From NCBI RefSeq assembly GCF_009914755.1, contig NC_060936.1: a stretch of DNA of 64,000 bases, one strand, 5' to 3'. Under the pieces are notes generated by a model. The model saw only the letters and a program-made list of their open reading frames with translations. It searched no databases and was not told where the DNA came from. A program made the translations under genes and the position numbers. Every line of letters starts with the position of its first letter. Within the stretch, counting starts at the first letter, position 1. This stretch comes from the human T2T-CHM13v2.0 reference genome, Homo sapiens. Positions 1-14,105 of this stretch are shown piece by piece.

Positions 1-960
1 TGTATATATGCTGGATCAGTTTCCAATATATGGTGCTCTTTCTTCCATTGCCAGGATTCATGGATCCAAGAATCAAGGGGTGGAAACAGGAGTGGCACCA
101 GTCATTATTATCTCTAGTGACTTGCTAGCAAAATTTTTGCTTCCTGTTCCTGTGAACTTATGCTTTGATGACCTAGAGATCTTAGTTCCAGATGGTGGAA
201 TGCTTTTACCAGGAAATAAAACAGTGATTCAGTTGAAATGGAAGATTCTAGCCTGGTCACTTTGGACTCCTCATATCTCTGAATCAATAGGCAAAGAAGA
301 GAGTTACTGTGCTGGCTTGACTGATTGATCTTAACTACCAATGAGAAATTAGATTGCTGTTCTATAATGGAGGTAGAGTATGTCTGGAATACAGGGTATC
401 CCTTAGGATGTCTTGGTCAGTGGAAAACTGACCAACCCAACCCAACCCAAGCAGGAGTACTATGATCCAGATCCTTCAGGAATGAAAGTTAGGGTCACCC
501 CACTGGGTAAACAGTCACAACCAGATGAGGTGATTGGTGAAGGCAAAGCAAATACAAAATAGGCAGTGGAAGAAGATAGTTATTAATACCAGCTATTAAT
601 ACAGAAACAAGGCCTGTAATTGTCATGTGTATTTCCATCTTATTTTGTTATGTTTGTGTGTGTGTGTGTTTGTTTTCTGTCCTCTTTTATTCCCTTGTCA
701 TGTAATATAAGATAGTTCGACTATATATAATAGTATTTAAGTATTGTTTGCTTTACATCATAGTGTTTAAATTACAGGATATCAAGGGAAATAGAAATGT
801 CATTCAAAATCTTTACTTTCTCTTCTTGGAAAGGGGCTAATACATTTCCAGTTGTAGTCAGGATAGTTGCATCACGTTAGGTGGAATTATGACCTTGTTA
901 TTTTCTTTATTTGGAGACTAAATATGATTTGAGGAGGTGCAGATGTGTGCCAAGTGGACT
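1..960 (+). mobile_element. ERV-L (HERVL-type) internal remnant: pol 3' end and dUTPase-like region, degenerate
   Basis: ORF 8-328 ARIHGSKNQGVETGVAP...LAKFLLPVP...LEILVPDGGMLLPG resembles ERVL integrase C-terminus/dUTPase; abuts an MLT2 LTR. Confidence 0.85.
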
Positions 961-1484
961 TGTGATGCTTAATTTTATGTGTCAACTTGACTAGGCCATG
1001 AGGTACTCACAGATTTGATTAAACATTATTCTAGGTATGTCTTTGAGAGTATTTTTGGATATTAACATTTGAATTGGTAGACTGAGTAAAGCATATTTTC
1101 CTCCTTAATATGGGTAGCCCTCATCCACTCAATTGAATATGTGAGTAGAATGAAACAGTTGTATAATAAGAAACTGCTACTTCTTGACTGCTTGAGCTGG
1201 AATGCCAGTCTTCTCTTGTACTTGGACTGTAACTTACACTATTGGCTTTTCTAGTTCTCAGGCCATTGGACTCAGACTAGAACTTACACCATCAGCTTTC
1301 CTTGTTGTCAGGCTTAACATTATTGATTCTCCTAGCTTTCCAGCTTGCTGACTGCATATCTTTGGACATCCTGGCTTCTATAATCTTGTGAGCCAATTTC
1401 TGAAATTAATGTTTCTCTCTTTATTTATATACACACATATACCTCCTCTTAGTTCTCTTTTTCTGGAGAACCCTGATTAATATG
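961..1484 (+). mobile_element. MLT2-family 3' LTR of the ERV-L
   Basis: Begins tgtgatgcttaattttatgtgtcaacttgact and ends ctggagaaccctgattaatat, typical MLT2 termini. Confidence 0.85.
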
Positions 1485-4400
1485 CTTACCAAAAAAGTAG
1501 AAAATTAGTTGATTATTTCCTCTTCCAGTATAACCAACAGTTTGTGGTTGGCATGATGTAATGTCAGATATGAAGCTAATAAAATTTTGAAATAATGTAG
1601 GATTATCTTACCACTGTATCTATTAAGAAGAGTGGCCTTTAGCTTACTTCATAATTTGCCTTTATTCTTTGTAGTATCCCAAAGGCAACTTAAGAAATAA
1701 ATGACTAAATACTATGTAAAAGGAAGATGAAAAAAAGTGAAATGCTTAAAATGCTTAGTACAAGCAGAATTTATAGTAAATATTTTAGAAAGCCAGACAT
1801 AGACAGAAGCAGTGGATGTACACTGTCAAGTATATGAACATTTAACAAAAGTGACACATACCTGCTGTGGCTTCAATATATTTGGTAATTCTCAGGAATT
1901 GATACATCTTTTTTAATTTTCACCACAATGCCATTTTAGATTATTGAAGATAGTCATTATGCCCGTTTTCCCTGTTGAGGGCTAAAATGTTAATCAGATA
2001 TACTGGTTAAAGATTTAATATACTTAAAATGGAATCTTATGCTGAATAATGCTGCTTAAATTAAAAAGAGAGGAGAAACCCATCAATAGCAATACTTAGT
2101 AGTACTTAATCGTTGTTGTTTTGTTTTTTTAAGTAAAGAAGGAGTAATCATGAAGACTCTAGGATTTCCTCTTTGATCAAAAGCTTTTAGGAGAAAAGAA
2201 TGATCCTTTGGATATTTTCAGCATTTAAAGCTGTCTAATTACCATACATTCTTTCCATTGTGATTGTGTAGCAATGCTGAGGTTTGGAATTATGCAGATC
2301 ATTTAAGCTTTCTTTGTTGTTCATCAACTCTCACTAGAATCCTTTCTCTGTGTTTCTCACGTTGGATTATATAGCAAGCTTTTGTTGGTTCTTAGCTTTA
2401 GAAAATGTAGTCATTTTCTAAGCACAGCAAATATGTATTTCTCTTGCAATTCAGTTACTTTAACATGGTTTCAGTAAGTAAAATAAAATATATATAGTGC
2501 CTCAAAAATATCACAGAATTCAGTTATGCTACCGAGAAAGTTGTGCCATCTTTTTGGGAACTTATGTGTAATGAACTGGTGGACTTTGTCTACTCTCCCG
2601 GAGGAAGGTAATCATAATAATTGAATAAAACACCATTAATTGGTTTTGTATGTAGAGAAGTTGGGGTGTGTGTTTGTGAGTGTGTATAAACTGTAGCATT
2701 CTTTTTATATAGTTATATATTTTTTATTCATTCTTTAAGGTAACAGGCAATCGTTGAGAGCAGTGTTCTTATAATTGCTCTCTTCATCTATGAAAATGAA
2801 ATTTCTTGATGGCTTTAAGTGTGTTTGTTCAGGAGAGAAAATCATTGTGAGGGAAGTAAATAGAATGTTACTTTCATGTTAAGGGATTCTTTGTTTTAGC
2901 CTTTTAGAATATAAACATCAGAGAATATCATAAGCATCAGGGAATCACTTGTAATGATGGTAAAGGAACCAACACTTCAGAGAATTGCACTTACACTTAA
3001 AGACCTGTCAGAGAATGTTTAAAATTAGAAACAACTTAAATGTGTATGAACTAGTATATGGATAAAGGAATTACAGTACATTCGTATAATACTACTCAGC
3101 AATAACAATGAACATTATTACTACTGCTTCCCTGTTACCCATAGTGTACACATCTTCCCTTATAATAAGGAAATTACGGCCCGAACTAATCTCTTAACAT
3201 GCTACTAGGAAATATGCAAAAATGAGCAAGATGGTAGTATTGTGGTACTGACAACAGAGGTGCTAGAACAGATTAGAATACATAATTGAATATGTGTACG
3301 TGTAAACACACAGAATATATGTATATGTAAACACACATATTTGAAAATTTTAATTCATTATATCCTTTAAATATCCTGGGGTGGTAGTAGTTTGCAAATG
3401 AGCTAAGTTTAGTTGAACATATTTGAGTTATACGTAGCTTGTGGAAAAATTTTAGGAAATTTTCCGAAACAGCAATTTTGAACTGACTGCTCAAGCTTGT
3501 ATTCATTTTTATAGGTAGACTTCAGATGTTTTCCCATGTATTTGAGAAGTTGAAGTCAGTAAGTGAATCAAAAGATATTAAGCATTTATTAATTATTTTT
3601 CTGTGCCACAAAGGGACAGAATTTTTAGAATTGCTGGAGAAAGGCAGAAGACAAGACTGTAAAGGTAAATATGAACCAAATTGTGAAAGGACTGTAGGAT
3701 TTCATGGTAGGAATAGATTACCAACAGCAGAGTGGGAGAAGTAGGTAAGTATGGGCATGATGAAGGCGACCCTAGGCAGGCTAGGATAAAACTCTATGTA
3801 ATCATTATTTTATGTAACTACCTGAAAAAAAAAATAAGGCTTTAGTTTGGATGCAGGGTGGTGGTATGCTCTTATTTTCAAATTAAAAGTAAGATACAGA
3901 CTTTTACTAAGCAGAAAGATGATTATAATTTGGAAGAACCTGATAACTTTCACTATCCGTGGCAGCCTGGTTTACTGTAGAGAGCTTAAAAAATCTTGAT
4001 GTAGGTGACATCCTTTTCTTACTTATCATCTAAGGTTGTCTTCCTGTTTACCTATTATAACTGTCCCCTCCTGTTCCAGTCTCATTCATTTTCTAGTTTG
4101 GTGACTCCTTGCTCTGTTCTCACTTCCTCCATCCTCCGTGTTTGATCCCTTTAGATATCCTTTTTTTAAGCTTACTTGCCTGAGACACTTTACATACACA
4201 TTGCACATCTTTTTCCCCTAATATCTTACTCCTTTCCCCTTTTGATTTTGGTAGCTACTGTAGTTCTGCCTAAGAGATAATCTTTTTCTCTGGGCTTTCA
4301 AGGGAATGCGCATTCGACTGTTGGTCTACTGTGATCTTTCTACTCCCATTCCTGCTAGAGGAAGGGATTTAGCACTAGTGACAAGCATAGAGGCTGTGAT

Positions 4401-4505
4401 AAAAGTCTCTAATAGAAAGCTCGTTTTCATTACTTCTTTCTGTATATCATAGTGATTTAAAAATCATTTTAAATTTAGGTGTATAAACAATTAAAATCAC
4501 CAATA

Positions 4506-4543
4506 ACTCCTCAAGCTGGAAGACAAAATTAAAAAAAAAAAAG
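4506..4543 (+). mobile_element. 38-bp polyA-tailed retro-insertion with 12-bp TSD
   Basis: aaatcaccaata at 4494-4505 and 4544-4555 flank actcctcaagctggaagacaaaatt(A)12g; TT/AAAA site. Confidence 0.65.
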
Positions 4544-4767
4544 AAATCACCAATATTAAGTATGTAATTTGATGACTTTGACAAATATTTACATATGAGA
4601 AACCACTACCATATTATATGGAATATTTAATCACTGCAGAATGTTCCCTTGTGCCTCATAAGACTAGACCCCGTCCCACCACCTCTGGTCCCTGGCAACC
4701 ACTGATTTGCTTTTGGTCACTGAAGTTTTGCCTTTTCAAGAATTTAATATAAAAGGAACATTGCAGA

Positions 4768-4771
<4 letters not shown>

Positions 4772-4812
<41 letters not shown>

Positions 4813-4824
4813 GTGTGTGTGTGT
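4772..4824. repeat. (TG)n microsatellite, interrupted
   Basis: Directly visible. Confidence 0.95.
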
Positions 4825-5539
4825 ACGTATTTGGTTTCTTTGACTTGGTGTAATGAAGATTATTTCATATTGTTGCATATATAAATAGGTTTGTTCGTTG
4901 TAATTGCTGAGTAACATTGTATGGATGTACCATTATTCCTTTATCCATATACTAGTTGATACACATTTGAATTGTTTCTAGTTTTAAACATTCTCTGACA
5001 GGTCTTTATGTGGACATATGTTTTCTCTTAGGTCAATAGCTTGGAGTAGAATTCTTGGGTTGTGTGGCAAGTGTATGTTTAACATTATACACAATTGCCA
5101 AACTTTTCCAAAGTGGCTGTATCAGTTTACATTCTCACTAGGTTACATGAGAATTCTAGGTGCTCCATATTCTCACCAACACTTGATATTGTGAATCTTT
5201 TTAAGTAGCCATTTTAGTAGATTGTACTGGTACCTGCATTTCAGTTTTAATTTACATTTTTCTAATTTCTAATGATGTTGTACATCTTTTCATGTGCTTA
5301 ATTGAGATTATTAGATCTTTTATAAAGTGTCTATTAAAATATTTTACCAATAAAAAATTAGGTTATCTTATTATTTATATGTAAGCTTTCTTTTTATATT
5401 CTGGATATAAGACCTTTTCAGATAGGTTTGTCAAATATTTTAGTCCAATCTGTGGCTTGCCTTTTTATATATTCTCAACAGTATACATTTTTAATTTTAA
5501 AATTTGGCAAAATATACATAACAAAATTTACCAGTGTAA

Positions 5540-5846
<307 letters not shown>

Positions 5847-5889
5847 CCCATTGTAACCATTTTTAAGTGTACAGTTCATCAAAGCTTAG

Positions 5890-8280
5890 GAGATATGTAT
5901 ACATTTGAATATTATAGTATCTTGATTAATTTATCTGTCATTATGAAATTTCTCCCTTTAATATTCTAATTTGTATAATATGAATATAGACATTTCAACT
6001 TTCTTTTGATTGATGTTTGCATGGTGTATCTTTTCAACCCTTTAATTTTATCTCTTTTGTGTTTTCATAGTAAAAGTGGTTTTTTTGTATGTGGCATACA
6101 GTTGGGTCTTGCTTTATCATTCAGTCTGCAGTGTCTGCTTTTAAATTTAGTTGTTTAGACCACTTACACTTAATGCAATTATCATTACATGGTTGAGTTT
6201 AAATATATCATTTTACTATTTGTTTTCCTTTTTTTCCTTCTGCTTTTTTCCTTCTTTACTGATTTATATTGGGTTTGAGGATGCTTTTAATGATTTCATT
6301 TTAGACCGATTATGGACTTCCTAGGTGTATATCTTTGCTAATTAATTAATTAATTAATTAAATGCTGTAATGTCTACAATATACATCTTTAACGTATTAG
6401 TCCACTTATCAATATTTTTCCGTTTTATGTACAGTGTAAGAACTTCACAACAATATGCTTTTATTTCATCTCTCATTGTGGTATTGATATGCAATTTACT
6501 TCTACATATTCTATAAAGCCAACAATATGTTTTTTAAATTATTACTTTATATATTCAGTTATCTTTAAATTTTTAGATTTACCCACCTGTTTGCTATTTC
6601 TGGGACTCCTAATTTCTTTTGTGTAGATTCAGATTTCAATCTGTTTTTGTCTTTCTTCTCCCTGAAGAAATTTCCTCAATATTTCTTTTAGTACAGGTCT
6701 GGTGGCAAATAATTCTCTTACCCTTTGTTTATCTGAAAAAAAAAATTCCTCTTCAATTTTTAAAGGTATTTTCTCTGGGCAAAGAAGTCTATACTGCCAT
6801 GTGTTTTTTCCTCTTTAAGTTGAAAGACATATCTCCATTATATTCTGTTTTACATGGTTCTGGCAATAAGCCTACTTTTATTCTTATTTTAGTTCTTTTG
6901 TATATAATGTGTTCTTTTTTTCTGGCCTAAATACAAATATTCTCTTGTATTAGTTTTCTGTAATTAGATTATGATGCGCATTAGTATGATTTCTTTATGT
7001 TTGTTCTTTCTCGCTATTCTTTAGCTTCTTGGGTCTCTGGTTTTATAGTGTTCATGAAATTCAGAAAATTTTCAGCCATACTTTTAAAATAATTTCTTCT
7101 GTATCTTCCCTTTTTGGGGGCCTCCAGTTACACATGTTTTAGACCACTTGAAATTATCCATTTTTTCTCAGTATTTTTTCCTCTCTGTACTTTATTTTGA
7201 ATAGTTATACTATTGCTGTTTTTTTAACTTCATGATCTTCCACAGTGTTTAATATGCTGTTAATCTCATCTTTTATGTTTTTTGTTTCAAAGTTCTCCTC
7301 TGTAAGTTTCATTTGAAACTTTTTTATATCTTCCATGCCTCTCATCATCATGACCTTTTCTCTGCTTTCTTAAAAGTTATAAAGCATATTTATAATAGCT
7401 GCTTTTATGTCCGCTGATTCTCTCCATCTCTCTCATTTCTGTGTCTGTTTCTATCAAGTGATTTTTCTCCTGGTTATGCGTTATAGTTTTCTGATTCTTT
7501 ATATGACTGTTATTTCTTTATTTGATCTCAGGCATTTTGAATTGTTTTTTGTTGATTGCTGAATTTTGTTGTTTTAAATAGTTTTGTATTTTGTTCTGAC
7601 TCTTTGTTATGTCACTAGCAATCAGTTGGATTATTTTGAGGCTTACTTTTAAGATTTGTTAGCATGGCTCCAGAGCAGCCTTTTGTTTAGGTCTAATACA
7701 GCCCCACTACTAAGGAGATACCCTCCTGAGGATTCAGCTGAATGCTCCATATATTACTAGGTTTATCCACTCTGACTGATAGGAATACAAATTCTTGCCA
7801 GCTATGTGTGAACTCCAGATAATCTGTTCACTCACTTTTGTTGTTCTTTTCCTGTCCTTGGGTAATTTTCTCCCACGTTTATGTAGGTTAGAACTCAGTT
7901 TAAGACTTGAGAAGACCTTTCTTTCTCTGGAGCTCTATTTCTCAGATGCTTGGACTTGTAAATTTTAGCTGCTTTGTGAACTCTTAACTCTGCCCCTTTA
8001 GCTCAGTGAGAGGTCAGTTTTACTTGGCTTCCCCCACCATACTCTTTGGCCTGGAAACTGACTCCAGTTTGTAAGTTTGGGAGTTATAACTTTGTTTCGT
8101 TTCTTTTGGGAATCACAATTTTGTGCTGTTGTCCAGTACTTGAACATCATTATTTCATCTTGTACATCCTTTGTTCAGTTTTCTAGTTGCTTTTTCTCAT
8201 CTATTGTTCATTTTTCTAGTTGCTTAGAAACTAGAGGTTAAATCTGGTCTCTGTGTTTCCACTTTGGTTGGAAGTTAAAT
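5890..8280 (-). mobile_element. Old L1M fragments (ORF2 5' part, ORF1 and 5' region), decayed
   Basis: T-rich antisense L1-like text such as gtttgcatggtgtatctttt and gttgggtcttgctttatc. Confidence 0.6.
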
Positions 8281-10999
8281 GCTATCTGTATACTGTAATT
8301 CATATTTCCTTCCAACCTTTATCATAATTTTACTTTGAAGTAACCACAGTGTAGAACCACAGGGGTGGCGGTGGTGGTGGTGGTGCTGGTGCTGGTGAGA
8401 TGTCTGTGAGTAAGCTATTGGTGATATGTAGGAAGTATATGTTTTAATTTTTCATTTACTCTGTTCATCTTTTATGATACTTTATAAAGTAAATCTTGTC
8501 ACCCTGTCTATAAATCTTTGCATAAAATGTATACACTAGGGATATGTACTATATTTTTTGGTAGTTCCTATATTTTAGACTTCTCACTTCCTATTTTTAC
8601 TAAGCCTTGAAAAACCAGGCATTTCTTACTTCTGTATCCATAATAAATCATGGTATTCAGCTGCTACTTAGAATACAGTTGTTTTACCATAGAATGAATT
8701 TTGGTGTACAAATTTTATGTTTGGTTAGTTAGAGATCCTCAGTATAGTTATAGAATTTCCCTTTTCGTTTTCTGAAATGGATCTAATTTGGTCATTTTTT
8801 AAATCTGTATTCTTTCTGAGTAGGTGACAATCCTAGGGCTTTTCATCCTTGGCATTATTATCCTTTTCGTTGTGTTGGAACTATATAAGATAGCTACAAC
8901 TGCACTTGGGTGGCTCTTAGTACTTTGGTCTTTTTAGGATTTATATATGTGGTAACAAATACCACCAGTAATATCATCTCTAAAGGTTGAAGACTATAGA
9001 TACATAGAATTTAAAATTGTTTCTTTTGTGAACTCATCTATTTTTCCATTCTTCTTATTTCTTCTGGAAATTATATGTGTTCTTTAAGGGTATGCAGGGT
9101 CTGACAAGGTGAGCTTCGCCAGCCTATCCAAGGGTGAAGTCAGCACCTTACATAAAACCAAAGTAGAGGGGGAAAAAACCTAGTCAATTTTAGTGGCAAT
9201 ATGGCAGGAAATTGAAAGTGTGATGAAGCCTGTGTTTGCACATAAAGGTGAACTTGCAGCTCTTGCATGTTTCTGGGTTTTATGGTGTTCTTATCTCTCG
9301 TAGGGACAATATAAGCCATGGTTAAAGATAATCCTTTACTTATTTACTTAAAGGAGTAGGTGGACAGTTGGTGATGCTGAGGGTCAAGGTAAACTTTCTG
9401 TTTTCTGTTAACATATCTAGTACCTGTCTGATATTTCCATATGTAAATGAGTTTCTTTGTCATCTTTGCATTATACTCTAGGCAATGCTACATGCTAGCC
9501 TGACTGTGGTTTCATTTGGCTTCCTTTTTCTGAGTCTCTATACCTGTTCAGTGTACTTAGCTTCTAGCGTTCTGGTGCAACTACCTGGCACTCATTTCTT
9601 GCTTTCTCCTTTTGACTGTCTCTTAAACAATATTGTCTCCTGTATATTTCTTCCTTTCTCTTTTGAAACTTACCTCAATATTTTATATCTGATGTAATAT
9701 CTCACTAGGCTATTATTATGTAATTTGATAAATTGAGTAATTGTAATGTATTAGTGATGCTGCTACTGATGCAAAATCAGTTTTAGGAGGTGTTAACTTA
9801 TACTATTGTAGCGTTAAGCACTTTTGAGTTAGATTTAATTTAATTCATTTTATCTTCAGAGCCAATTTTTAAGCTTTATCTAGAGTCTTACTGTGAGGAA
9901 AAGAAATGTCTTCTTAAAAGAAGTAGGCTTTTAAAACTGTAAGATTCTCCTTGGAGAAAATTATTTCTCTTGAAACTCAGGCCATTGGAGGTATGTTTGC
10001 AGTGTTTCCTTGGTAGTTCTAAATCAGGTATTTTCATGGATAGTCTGCTTGTCTCAGAAAGCCTAAAGCGGAGTCTTTTACTTGGGGAATGCTTAAGTGC
10101 TCCACAAATCAGTGACCAGAATCGTTTCATTTTGTGCCCATGTGGTTTCTGTGGGTGGTTGGTTGTTTTAAAAACTGTTTCAAAGAAGTACATTTTTTTT
10201 CCTGGCAATACATGTGTATCCTGTGTAAGTATTTTTCATTATTAATAATTTTGAGAAAAACCAACTCCAGGTCATAATGCAGTTGGCTTAAGTCATGGGG
10301 TTTTATCCAGAGTCATCCCATATGATTTTGGGTCTGCTTTACCAACAATTTATTAAGCTGAGGTTCCCAAAGGGCATGTTTCTACTGTCATCAACCTATT
10401 TTTGGAAATTATTTTTGTCCATTTTGTGTAAATCAATAGTTTTTAAGAGAAACTCATGAGACTTTTAGGCTTAATTTCTTCTAGGCTTATATACTGGTAT
10501 AGGGGGGAGTATTTCCTCCCTTTTTCTTTCTCTCTGTATAGAAATTTCCATTTCTGTTTGTGACTTGTTTGTGATTCCAGCTTTTTCATTGTGCTTTGAT
10601 TTTCATCTTCTTCCTCATTTAGGCTTAGTGGTTAGAAATCTTGTCTTTAATTGAATCTCAAAGTGGTTAAGTTTTTGTCATTTTGCGTTTTCCTGTCCAA
10701 CAGGGAGGGTTTGCATCTGTAGGTACACTGAAATCTTTAATAATGAACTTGGGTTTAAAGAGAAATTGAATTAAATTCTTGAGTTATTTCAGAAGTTGTA
10801 ACATCATGCTATTCACATTTCTGGCCACAGTGAAAGTTTTTGTGAAAGTGAAGTTTTGTAGGAAAAAGCTTAATGTGTCAACAGCCCATAGTCTTGGAGT
10901 GGATCTTTAGGAATTGGCTAGCGCAGAATTACAACGGTAAATAATCTGTGTAAATTTTCTAGCTAACAAGTGAATATTATTTTTAATTAGGAAATAACC

Positions 11000-11165
11000 A
11001 GGAATAAGACTTGAGAGATCATCTCTCCTAACTTACTTATTTAAGAAAGGAGGAAATTGGACCCTAGATATTAGGTGACCATCTTCAAAAATGGTGTAAT
11101 TTAGTTGAAGAATTAGGACTAGAGCCCCATGCCCTGATGCCAAGTTTAGTGCTCTTTCCACTACC
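11000..11165 (-). mobile_element. MIR SINE fragment
   Basis: gaggaaattggaccctaga...gtgctctttccactacc. Confidence 0.55.
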
Positions 11166-11531
11166 TTGGGATCTCTTCTCATCCTATTCCAACAAAATAA
11201 GAGTTTAAAGTGTAAGATACAAGATTCTGCTTTGAAAATATCCAAATACATTGTATTTTTGCAATATAAAATTGGAGTGATGAGAGAAAACTTATAAATT
11301 CTTGTGCCATTTTCCCCCTTGATCTGTGAAACAGTACTGATAGTATCTGAGGTTGTCATTTGGTTATTTTAGGAAGGAAATTGTATGGCCCTTATTTTGT
11401 TTGAATCTCTTCTTCATCATATTAAGGTAATTTTTAAAAGTTCTTGAGCTAGAAAAACATGCAAATAAGAACCTCCTGTATTGGCTGCTGTTGACTGCCT
11501 ATTTAGCATTACCCCTTTTCCCACTACCCCC

Positions 11532-11830
<299 letters not shown>

Positions 11831-11868
11831 TCCCACTACCTTTCTAACAGATCCTTTGTTTTGTTTAG

Positions 11869-11935
11869 GCTTCTAACCCTCCTTTATGTGACTCAGAGAA
11901 AGGAGACCTCATTCCAAGTTCCAGGATTAATTCTG
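11869..11935 (+). other. Candidate alternative non-coding (5'UTR) exon of CCDC91, 67 nt
   Basis: Acceptor cctttgttttgtttag (alternative tttctaacag at 11850); consensus donor CTG|gtaagt. Confidence 0.5.
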
Positions 11936-12624
11936 GTAAGTCTAAGTGAAACATAGTAATTCCTTTTCTTTGCTGGCAGCAGGTTTAAGGATGGGCAGAT
12001 CACAATCTCAAAATATTTTTGTCATCTTGCTTCCAGCCTGTTGGTGAAGCTAAATATAGGAGGCCAGAGCCAAGGGAATTAGAATTTCTGAAGCTCTGAC
12101 TTGCAGTATTTAAAGACTGCTCTACCTTGGGCCTTCTTGTTATGTGAGATACTAGTTATACATCTCCTTATTGATTTAACCAGTTTTATTTTGGAATTTT
12201 CTGTTACTTCCAGATGAAAGTATTCTGTCTCATGCATCTAATACTTTACTTGTGAATGAAGATTCATTATGAGGTAGGTTTTTGGCGATTAAATGGTTGT
12301 GACTGGAACAGGGAAGACTATTAATAGATTGGAAACTAGGAGAATCTTTTATGAGATTTTTAACTGGGTGAATAACAAAGTCGTGGTTCATATCCTTGTA
12401 GCTCCACCTCGTTTCTTTTCCCAGTGACGTCTTAAATTCTGTGGATTCTATTTGTTCCTTATCCTCTTTGACCTCTATGACATATGTTAGATCTGTCTAT
12501 ATCTTTCTGTATTTCTGGTCATACCTTTTAAATTTTATTTACTGACCTATTTTCCTCTGCTTATCTCTTGAATAGTAATGGTTTTCTGTGGTTTTATTCT
12601 TGGCCTACTTAGAAATATAAACAT

Positions 12625-13400
12625 TATTATTTAGAACAGTTTTATCTTTATAGAAAATTATGACAATAATATAGAGAGTTCTCAGAAACCTCATACCTTT
12701 TATTAACATTTTACATTATTGTACATTTGTTTAAATGAATGGCCAATATTTATACATAATTATTAACTAAAGTCCATTCTGTATTAATATTCCCTTTATT
12801 TTTATCTACTGCCCTTTTTCTGTTCCAGGTTACTGTCTAGGTTATCATACATTTAGTGGTCATATCTCCTTAGGCTGCTCTTGGCTGTGACAGTTTCTTA
12901 AACTTTACTTGTTTTTGATGACCTTCACAGTTTTAAGGAGTATTGGTCAGACATTTCCTGGCTGTGGTGGTTTCTTAAACTTTACTTGGTTTTGATGACC
13001 TTGACAGTTTTGAGGAGTATTGGTCAGACATTTTGTAGGTTATTCCTCAGCTGAGATTGATATGATGTTTTTCCTCATGATTAGACTGGGGTTAGGGTTT
13101 TTAGGAGGAAGAGCATAGAGGTGAAGTGCCATTTTTATCACATTGTATCAAGGGTACTTACTATCAACTTATCATTGTTAAGCTGTGACTTATTGTGACT
13201 TATCATTGTTGATGTTTACTTTGATCATTTGGCGAAGGTGGTTTTTATTAGGCTTCTTCACTGGAAAGTTATTCTTTTTCTCTTATTCTGTATTGTACTC
13301 TTTGCAACAAAGTCACTATGTGCAGACCACACTTGATGGGGAGTTACTTTCCACCTTCTTGATAGTGAAGTAGCTACATAGATTTTTTTGGAATTCTTCT
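12625..13400 (-). mobile_element. L1MC-type 3' end
   Basis: tattaactaaagtccat and gatgaccttgacagttttgaggagtattggtcag motifs. Confidence 0.65.
12882..13033. repeat. 77-bp period tandem duplication, two diverged copies
   Basis: tggctgtg...tttcttaaactttactt...gagtattggtcagacattt occurs at 12882 and 12959. Confidence 0.9.
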
Positions 13401-13939
13401 GCATGGATGATGACCATGGATATTTATTTTCTACTTGGCTTGGCCAGTTTTAAAATTGTTGATGTATGTTGGTGATTTCTAAATATGTTTATCCTAGCGA
13501 TTCTTTCTACCTCTTTTTTTGAACTCTTCCTCTTTCTAGTCAACTTCCTATTAGACCTTTTCCTTTTGGTCTTTCTTTTATTGAAACCTCGAACTCAAAT
13601 GTGTCCATATTGTCTAAGCCCAAACTAATTATTCTACACCTCATCTACTTCATTTTATGCCTTTTTGTACCCAAACTTGCTTTTTCTTCCCACTTACTGA
13701 AGGTAGAAACCGATGGGATCCTTTAGTTTTCCTTTTCCTTATTCACACTCCCTTATTACCTCTTACTTTGGATTATTAGTTTATTGCATAGATTTCCCTC
13801 AAACTAGCCTATTCTACTTTCACACTGTTATCTACATTGCCTTATAGCCATTTTTTTCTATTATGCATGTCACTTATTCAAAATACATCTTATTTCTGTT
13901 TTCAGAATTCTTCAATGAGTTCTGTGTTTGCCTCTAACT

Positions 13940-14105
13940 GATTTTAGGTAAATTACTTGATCTCACTATAGCATTGTTTTCTTATTGAAAAAGAGGAGGT
14001 GATATAGAAATTTTCTAAGGATTAAAAGTGATAGCGTGTCTAAAGAGTTTAGGAGTGTGTCTGGAACAAAGTAGTACACTCTAAAAGACAGTTATTTTTA
14101 TTGTT
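13940..14105 (+). mobile_element. MIR SINE
   Basis: taaggattaaaagtgata...gtgtctggaacaaagtagtacactc. Confidence 0.55.

Larger units (their letters stand above)
4470..5480 (-). mobile_element. Old L1M 3' region
   Basis: cctggcaaccactgatttgct, atggatgtaccatt, ttttccaaagtggctgta are antisense L1M 3' motifs. Confidence 0.7.

Noticed and set aside
2720-2746. Pyrimidine tract-AG|GTAACA as a recursive splice site
   Set aside because: Weak match to the YAG|GTAAG consensus and common by chance in a T-rich intron
6339-6361. (TAAT)n self-complementary repeat
   Set aside because: Ordinary short microsatellite within an old L1
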